DNA of 21,107 nucleotides from Candidatus Auribacterota bacterium (GTDB taxonomy: Bacteria > Auribacterota > Tritonobacteria > UBA1439). This document shows positions 16,019 to 21,107 of the stretch, in pieces; within the stretch, counting starts at the first letter, position 1, and every line of letters starts with the position of its first letter. Both the position numbers and the translations under genes were made by a program. The DNA lies in assembly GCA_026392015.1 (NCBI GenBank), contig JAPLCW010000146.1, positions 1-21,107 on the forward strand, given 5' to 3'. The notes under the pieces are model-generated. The model was not told the DNA's origin. It saw only the letters and a list, made by a program, of their open reading frames with translations, and ran no database searches.

Positions 16019-16807
16019 ATGAGAACAACATTAGTGGTGGTTGTAAGCGTGATGTTTTCGGTCGGGATGGCCGGAATGGCCGTTGCCGGGAGTATTGATT
16101 CACCCGGTGCGCCATCAGCGGGAAGCGGGATGTACTCACTCACGCAGGTCTATGACTACCTGAATTCGGGGATAGAGGTAACGCCTGTCCCAAGTTTTCA
16201 GGAACCAAGCTCAGCCCCTGGCTCGACGATGAAGACGCTGAAGGATATCTACGATGACCTCAGGGCGAAGTATATCCAATGCACTGTGACAGCTGACAAG
16301 GTTAAGTCAGGGGAGAAGTTCTTTTGCACGCAGCCGGGAAGATGGGGAGTGCAGACAGGGACGGCGTATATACCCCCAACCCCAACCCCAACCTCAATCC
16401 CAACTCCAACCCCAACAAAAACCTTTTACGAGCAATACGGCCCGCCACCTGGGGAGGATAAAGTGGTGCACATAGGGAGCATGTATGTTGCCAAGTGGAC
16501 GGATAATGAAGGCACCGCTATGAACGATGGAAAAATCTGGACCGTTGCCTGTTCCTGGGGTACCGATCTAGTATGGTTGGGTAAGGATGACTGGAGGCTG
16601 CCGACGAAAGATGAGCTAATCAGTATATGTACGAATAGGGGGAGCTTAGGCGCATATCACGATGTGGTTAGATATTGGTCCTCCACTGCATATGATGAAA
16701 GTTTCGCGTGGTCAACGTGGTTTTCCGTTGCTGATGGTTGTGCAACCGATCATGATGCCGATAAACCATCCGGGCGGTTTATCCGAGCAGTCCGGAATGC
16801 CGATTAA
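16019..16807 (+). CDS. Secreted modular paralog: N-module subtype II, PT linker, DUF1566/Lcl-C-terminal-like domain
   Basis: DWRLPTKDELISICTNRGSLGAY..RYWSSTAYD..IRAVRNAD. Stop is TAA. Confidence 0.85.
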   Translation: MRTTLVVVVSVMFSVGMAGMAVAGSIDSPGAPSAGSGMYSLTQVYDYLNSGIEVTPVPSFQEPSSAPGSTMKTLKDIYDDLRAKYIQCTVTADKVKSGEKFFCTQPGRWGVQTGTAYIPPTPTPTSIPTPTPTKTFYEQYGPPPGEDKVVHIGSMYVAKWTDNEGTAMNDGKIWTVACSWGTDLVWLGKDDWRLPTKDELISICTNRGSLGAYHDVVRYWSSTAYDESFAWSTWFSVADGCATDHDADKPSGRFIRAVRNAD

Positions 16808-16817
16808 CTGGCGTTTG

Positions 16818-16928
16818 ACATTTTGACTATTCGCAGGTGGGCGGGCGCTGCGCGATTTCCCACCTGCGGAGGTAACTCTTGATCTTCTCTGGAGAAGATC
16901 AGTGATTTTATCGTAAACAAATAATGAG
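16818..16928 (+). repeat. 'D' 3' element copy 8
   Basis: Both hairpins present. Confidence 0.7.
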
Positions 16929-17181
16929 GGAAAGATAGAGCAGGACCACGGAATAGTACCGGGGCGATACCATGATTTACCGCCCATCTGATACCATTGA
17001 GAAGGCACTAGCCAAGATGCACAATGAGATAGAGAAAGCAGAGGCGTGCTTCTGTGACAAGTGCCGTCCGTTGTTTTAGAGGTTTATCAAACGCTGGTTT
17101 GAGAAGTACCCGGACAAGCAGGAGTTGGAAAGCCAGTCTATATATTATAGGGAAACAATTAAACCAAAGAAGGAGGGAAGG
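16929..17181 (+). promoter_or_regulatory. 'U' 5' element copy 6 (small ORF with ATG at 16972, in-frame TAG at 17077-17079, terminal TAG replaced by CAG so the frame runs into the next gene)
   Basis: Conserved sequence. TCTATATATTATAGGG. Ribosome-binding site AAGAAGGAGGGAAGG. Confidence 0.5.
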
Positions 17182-17931
17182 ATGAGAGCAAAATTAGTGG
17201 TAGTTGTAAGCGTGATGTTGATGGCGGGCCTGTGCAGCATGGTGGTTGCGGGGAGTCTTGACTCACCGGGAGCTCCGTCGGCGGGGAGCGGGATGTACAC
17301 GCTTCAGCAGGTGTATGACTATTTGTATGCGGGGACGGTGCCGACAATTCCCGAGAGTTTCTAGGAGCCGATCGCGGGTCCTGTTTCTACGATGAAGACT
17401 ACAAAACAGATAGTGGAGGCCGTTGCAACGCCGTTCGCCCAGTGCTCCGCTACGGCTGCTGATGTTAAATCAGGCGTGAATTTTTTCTCCACGGTGTCGG
17501 GGAGCTGGGGAGTGGCGACGGGAACCATGGCACTCACAGGAAATGCCGTAGCTGCTGATGTGATAAGCGGTAAGAATTTCTACTCCAATTCCTGGACACA
17601 GCAGACTGGGACGTTAACCCAGTATCCCGCAACTCCAAGCGGCTGGAGCGGTGCCTGCGTCTGGAAAGAAGGAAATTTTACGCAACAGGATTGTATAGAC
17701 CTTGGATATCCAAATAGGCATACAAGGGAGGTGTGCACGTCCTACGGTATTTCGGGAGGTGGAGCAAGTATATGGGCGTATGGCGGTTGTTCAAACTCAT
17801 GCACGGGTCCGGGTTGTTCTTCTTCCGTAACGTATGTATCCGGGAACTGTTGTGGGGTGTTTACATGCTCCAACTCAGCAGGCGTTGGAGTTTGTGTGGC
17901 CTCCAGTATATACACATACTGCTGCAAATAA
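17182..17931 (+). pseudogene. Modular paralog interrupted by a single in-frame TAG at 17362-17364 (within the conserved SFQEP motif, where all paralogs have CAG); Cys-rich C-terminal domain type B
   Basis: ORFs 17125-17364 and 17392-17931 are in the same frame. ..PESF*EPIAGPVSTMKTTKQI..FFSTVSGSWGVATG continues the family alignment. The PT linker is replaced by a different segment. Confidence 0.7.
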
Positions 17932-18004
17932 GCGCGATTATAGAGATCAGAGGGTACGTTATTTTCAGGGTCGGGGTCGGCCCAGCCCCCATCCTCGGTA
18001 GCCC

Positions 18005-18165
18005 CCCGGCGAGACGGAAAAGACCGGGCTCACCCAATACAAGGTACCCCCCCGACCAAGCGGGGTATATGTAATATGGCAACGGTGATATACACTCTCG
18101 CAGTCAGACACCGGGGGTGGATGGACAAAAGGTACTGGGAAAGGAAGCAGATATGCAGAGGATCG
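18005..18165 (+). repeat. 'E' element copy 2
   Basis: About 85% identical to 12885-13040. Confidence 0.5.
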
Positions 18166-18431
18166 TATATGTATGTATCGCAATCTTTGTAATGGTTGTG
18201 GCAATACGGAAGTGGGCTAGGAAAAGATAACATAAAAGCAGTTTGGATAGGGAGAGACTAAAAAAGGAATATGCGCAAAAATCCCAATGATAATCTCAGG
18301 AGCAATAGAGAACTCTTGCTATAGGTTAAATGGTAAAGCCGTTTATAGTGCAATAGGCTCAAACCCCTTGATTTCACTGGTAATGCAGAGGATTCAAGAA
18401 AAAGATCGAAGCCTATAGAGACGATAATAAC

Positions 18432-18668
18432 ATGGACTTGCAGGAACTGAGGGACTGGCTAATAGAGAGAGCAACACTGTTTGATGCGCTCACCTATGAA
18501 CAGAAGTACCAGGTGATAACTGCAACCTATAAGATGTATCATAAAGCTCTAGATGTCGGGGATCGTGACGAAGCAATCAAGCAAGACCTACTCATTGACA
18601 TCATAACAGGCAGGGTGGATCTGGATAAATATATCGAGGAGAATATCTCGCGGACATACGACGCGTAG
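18432..18668 (+). CDS. Hypothetical small protein (78 aa) in an AT-richer segment
   Basis: ORF only. Weak ribosome-binding site. Followed by a gene with a strong ribosome-binding site. Confidence 0.4.
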   Translation: MDLQELRDWLIERATLFDALTYEQKYQVITATYKMYHKALDVGDRDEAIKQDLLIDIITGRVDLDKYIEENISRTYDA

Positions 18669-18717
18669 ATGAACGAGGGGGGCCGTCCGGGAGTGCAAAA
18701 GAAGGAGGGATACTGGT

Positions 18718-18999
18718 ATGAGCAATCACATTACAAGACGTGCTTACGAGGCGTTCATAGAGTTTACGGTCTCGGAGGGGCATCCGACTGAGCGTGAAGA
18801 ATTGCAAAAGAAGTCAAAAGAGGAGATGATGAAGATAGTGCACGAGGTGAACGAAGTCATGGAGTGCCGCGTCAAGGAGAGATCGCTGAAACGAGAAAAT
18901 ATGAAAAAGCTCCACATCGAGGAACTAGATTCAGAATGGATACTATACCGTTACCCCGAGAGACACGGTGGGGGGGAGAATTCACCCTTTGTTTGCTAA
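18718..18999 (+). CDS. Hypothetical small charged protein (93 aa)
   Basis: AAGAAGGAGGGATACTGGT ribosome-binding site 5 nt before the ATG. The stop lies within a REP-like hairpin TTTGTTT..AAACAAA. Confidence 0.5.
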   Translation: MSNHITRRAYEAFIEFTVSEGHPTEREELQKKSKEEMMKIVHEVNEVMECRVKERSLKRENMKKLHIEELDSEWILYRYPERHGGGENSPFVC

Positions 19000-19225
19000 G
19001 GCGCATTATCGTAAACAAATAATGAGGGAAGGAGAGAGTAGGATCAGGGCGTAGTACCAGGGTAATACCATGATTGAACGTACAGACGATAACATTGAGA
19101 AGGCACTGGACAAGCTCCACAAGGAATTATAGAAGGTAGAGGGGTGTTTCTGTGATAAGTGCCGACCTTTGTTTCACAAGTTTGTTAAGCGGTGGTTTAA
19201 GAAGTATCCGGGCAAGTAGAGGCGG
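18975..19225 (+). repeat. REP-like hairpin (TTTGTTTGCTAAGGCGCATTATCGTAAACAAATAATGAGG) plus a truncated 'U' element remnant (small ORF with ATG at about 19069 and in-frame TAG at 19130-19132; no TATA box or paralog follows)
   Basis: Alignment to the D tail and the U consensus; similarity stops before the GCCGGTTTATATAT box. Confidence 0.5.
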
Positions 19226-19244
19226 GAAGCCGTAAGCATCCAGC

Positions 19245-19380
19245 TAACCCAGCCCACCGACACCCCTACAAGGGGGCAGAGTAATATACGGCATGGTGTT
19301 ACATACTCTCTTAGTCAGACACCAGGGGGTTGATGGACAAAAGGTACTGGGATAGGAAGTGATAGTGTATTACGTTAATA
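19245..19380 (+). repeat. 'E' element copy 3 (5' part diverged)
   Basis: Core ATACTCTCTTAGTCAGACACCAGGGGGTTGATGGACAAAAGGTACTGGGATAGGAAGTGAT is conserved. Confidence 0.45.
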
Positions 19381-19559
19381 AAGCTGAGAGAAGGTGGACC
19401 GATAGGCGTTAAGGCGGGGAGGGAGCTACAACCATGGAGGTGGAACGACAGACCATTAGCTTATTCTATTGCCGGAACTGTTCAACCGATAGGGGGAAGC
19501 TCCGGAGCAGCCTACAAAATGGCCCCTATTTATGAACTTAAATAATGGAGGTAATTGAA

Positions 19560-20483
19560 ATGAGAAGAGGCAGCCCTTTTGCAGTATTGATCTTCTTTGT
19601 AATCCTTGGCATTGGCGGAGGGTTAGCATATGCCATGTATGGAGTTATGGGTAACGTGGGAAGCATAGTGATTGGAGTCATTGCCTTTGTTATCGCCCTC
19701 GTTGTTTCTTTCGCAATTAAGGTTGCGGATCAGTGGGAAAAGGCGGTGGTATTGCGGCTAGGTCATTTCCTCTCACTTAAGGGACCGGGGCTATTTTTAA
19801 TTATCCCGGTCGTCGACACCATCCCTTACTGGATTGACACCCGCGTGATCACGGCTTCTTTCAAGGCGGAAAAGACCCTTACCAAAGATACGGTGCCGGT
19901 GAATGTAGATGCAGTGCTATTTTGGAAAGTTCTGGATCCCAAGAAGGCAGCGCTGGATGTAGCCGACTATAGAAGCGCTATAAGTTGGGCCTCCCAAACG
20001 GCTCTGCGTGATGTCATCGGCAAGACCATGCTTTCGGACATGCTGGAAGGCAGGGAACGGATTAGTAACGAGCTGCAGAAGATCATTGATGAACGCACCG
20101 AGCCATGGGGCATTAATGTTATTTCGGTGGAGATCAAGGATGTGCTGATTCCCCCGGCCTTGGAGGATGCGATGTCGATGCAAGCCCAAGCGGAGAGAGA
20201 ACGTCAGGCCCGGGTGATTCTGGGAGATTCGGAGCGACAGGTGGCGGAGAAGTTTGGGGAAGCGGCCAAGACCTATGCCAACAATCCCACGGCTTTTCAT
20301 TTGAGGGCTATGAACATGCTTTATGAGGGTTTGAAGCGGAATGCCACGATTGTAATTGTACCCAGCACAGCCGTGGAAACTATGCAACTAGGCGCTATAG
20401 CCGGGGTAACAGCGCTGACCATGGGATTGGGCCAAGAACACGCAAACAAAGAGAAGGAAGCCGAGCGCGAAAAACAACAATGA
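19560..20483 (+). CDS. Stomatin/SPFH (band 7) family membrane protein (prokaryotic stomatin-like)
   Basis: N-terminal transmembrane segment. Then KAEKTLTKDTVPVNVDAVLFWKVLDPKKA..SQTALRDVIG..ERTEPWGINVISVEIKDV..AMSMQAQAERERQARVIL, typical of p-stomatin. The GGAGG ribosome-binding site favours the start at 19560 (an alternative is 19545). Stop is TGA. Confidence 0.9.
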   Translation: MRRGSPFAVLIFFVILGIGGGLAYAMYGVMGNVGSIVIGVIAFVIALVVSFAIKVADQWEKAVVLRLGHFLSLKGPGLFLIIPVVDTIPYWIDTRVITASFKAEKTLTKDTVPVNVDAVLFWKVLDPKKAALDVADYRSAISWASQTALRDVIGKTMLSDMLEGRERISNELQKIIDERTEPWGINVISVEIKDVLIPPALEDAMSMQAQAERERQARVILGDSERQVAEKFGEAAKTYANNPTAFHLRAMNMLYEGLKRNATIVIVPSTAVETMQLGAIAGVTALTMGLGQEHANKEKEAEREKQQ

Positions 20484-20595
20484 CTTCAATGAGCGATTGC
20501 CGCTGTTGAGACTAACTCCTATGTGATTATGATGGATAAGAAGAGGGTGATGGTAGAGCAATAGGATGTAAATGGGGAGAAGATGATTATAGCGG

Positions 20596-20650
20596 TAGCG
20601 TTAGGGCTATAGTTTGTTTAACAATATCAACATTATCGGAAGTAAATAAA
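20596..20650 (+). repeat. REP-like element (degenerate copy): GGGCTATAGTTTGTTTAAC..CATTATCGGAAGTAAATAAAAA
   Basis: Similar to 20862-20915 and to the D-element tail. Confidence 0.4.
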
Positions 20651-20674
20651 AAGGGGGCAGGGAGGCCCATTCAC

Positions 20675-20833
20675 ATGGCGAAATATGACAAGGTGAGCGG
20701 ATACTGCAGAAAGCCGCAGCCGGACACGGCCGACATTACTATCGAGCGGAAATGTCTCGTGTGCGGGGAAATGATGGCGAGCACTCCGTCGCACAGGATT
20801 CACGAGCGATGTCGGCAGCGGGTGGGCAAGTGA
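20675..20833 (+). CDS. Small zinc-finger-like protein (52 aa; C-x15-CxxC-x15-C)
   Basis: GGGGGCAGGGAGG ribosome-binding site. MAKYDKVSGYCRKPQPDTADITIERKCLVCGEMMASTPSHRIHERCRQRVGK. Flanked by REP-like repeats. Below the 60-aa track threshold. Confidence 0.4.
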   Translation: MAKYDKVSGYCRKPQPDTADITIERKCLVCGEMMASTPSHRIHERCRQRVGK

Positions 20834-20861
20834 GCAGGGGCACCACGGCGATGGCATCAGG

Positions 20862-20915
20862 GCTGTAGTTTGTTTAAGGAAAGCCACATTATCGTAAACA
20901 AATAATGAACGAATC
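20862..20915 (+). repeat. REP-like element: GTAG followed by hairpin TTTGTTTA-N20-TAAACAAA and tail TAATGA
   Basis: The 8-bp arms are exact reverse complements. The GTAG tetranucleotide lies 5' of the hairpin, as in REPs recognised by RayT transposases. Confidence 0.5.
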
Positions 20916-20968
20916 AGGGTCAGACCTCTACTATTGACTAAGGAGAGGCAGCGTGATACCGTTCGGAC

Positions 20969-21107
20969 ATGGCAAGACCGCTGAGGATTGAATATCCAGG
21001 GGCATGGTACCATGTTACAAGCCGCGGGAGCGAGCGAGGGGAGATATTCCGGGACGACAGAGACAGGAAGCGATTTCTTGAAGCATTAAAAGAGAGCATA
21101 GAGAGAT
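20969..21107 (+). CDS. N-terminal fragment of a RayT / IS200-like (Y1, HUH) tyrosine transposase; truncated by the window end
   Basis: MARPLRIEYPGAWYHVTSRGSERGEIFRDDRDRKRFLEALKE matches the conserved N-terminus (RIEY.GA.YHV..RGN.R..IF.DD.DR..FL) of REP-associated tyrosine transposases. Confidence 0.7.
   Translation, partial: MARPLRIEYPGAWYHVTSRGSERGEIFRDDRDRKRFLEALKESIER

Noticed and set aside
3690-17181. Idea that the regularly spaced U/D repeats are a CRISPR array or an integron
   Set aside because: The repeat units are about 350 nt and structured. The 'spacers' are complete 0.8-1.0 kb genes with promoters. No cas genes, integrase or attI are present. Only the positional analogy to attC was retained, as a comment.
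20633-21013. Minus-strand 126-aa ORF 20633-21013
   Set aside because: It overlaps both the zinc-finger mini-ORF (which has a ribosome-binding site) and the RayT N-terminus (recognisable family motif) on the plus strand. It is probably spurious.
1-21107. tRNA, rRNA or other classic ncRNA genes
   Set aside because: I found no region with cloverleaf-compatible conserved tRNA motifs (GTTC.A..C T-loop context) or rRNA-like conservation. Absence is based on a manual scan only.

Overview
Most of this window is a tandem array of ten paralogous genes for secreted, modular proteins (about 3.7-17.9 kb). Each paralog has the same build:
- a Sec-type signal peptide (M[RK]..hydrophobic..A[VI]AG|S);
- a conserved N-terminal module of about 100 aa (GS[IL]DSPGAPSAGSGMYTL..LYDYL.SG....FQEP..[AG]PGSTMK.TK.I......F..C.......G..FFCTQPGSWGVQTG), present in two sequence subtypes;
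- a Pro/Thr linker (TPTPTITP..) encoded by ACC/CCA-rich microsatellite-like DNA;
- one of four interchangeable C-terminal domains: DUF1566/Lcl-C-terminal-like (WRLPT..EL .. YWSST .. VRAVR) in three genes, fibrinogen-related-domain-like (CK.IKTAIP..G.YTIDPDG......YCDMT..GGGWTL) in three, Fibrobacter-succinogenes-major-paralogous-domain-like (FTDSRDGKVYSTV.IGSQCWMKQNLN) in one, and Cys-rich domains of unknown family in three.

N-subtype and C-domain are combined mosaically, with breakpoints at the PT linker. The minus-strand gene 9104-10048, for example, pairs the N-terminal module of the 6542 gene with the C-terminal domain of the 7882 gene.

Most units are embedded in the same conserved non-coding flanks:
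- a 3' 'D' element of about 100 nt (two hairpins plus an ATTTTATCGTAAACAAATAATGAG tail) directly after the stop codon;
- a 5' 'U' element of about 250 nt carrying a short Cys-motif ORF (..CFCDKCRPLF..RWFKRYPDK) that is not fully intact in any copy, followed by a conserved GGAAAGCCGGTTTATATAT box and a strong AAGGAGGG ribosome-binding site.

One array member (17182-17931) is interrupted by a single in-frame TAG. Three copies of the U-element small ORF also carry in-frame TAGs.

Other content:
- Upstream, a subtilisin (S8) protease gene (679-3246) has its own PT linker.
- A conserved 225-nt element precedes the S8 gene and, as a second copy, the 11798 gene.
- A third repeat family ('E') occurs three times.
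- A secreted GW-repeat protein gene lies on the minus strand (10146-10967).
- The 3' end of the window holds a stomatin/SPFH gene and REP-like GTAG hairpin repeats flanking a small zinc-finger ORF.
- The window ends with the N-terminus of a RayT/IS200-like tyrosine transposase.

I recognised no rRNA, tRNA or CRISPR. The domain of life is not certain from sequence alone; the TATA-like boxes plus strong ribosome-binding sites fit a Methanosarcinales-type archaeon or a bacterium.
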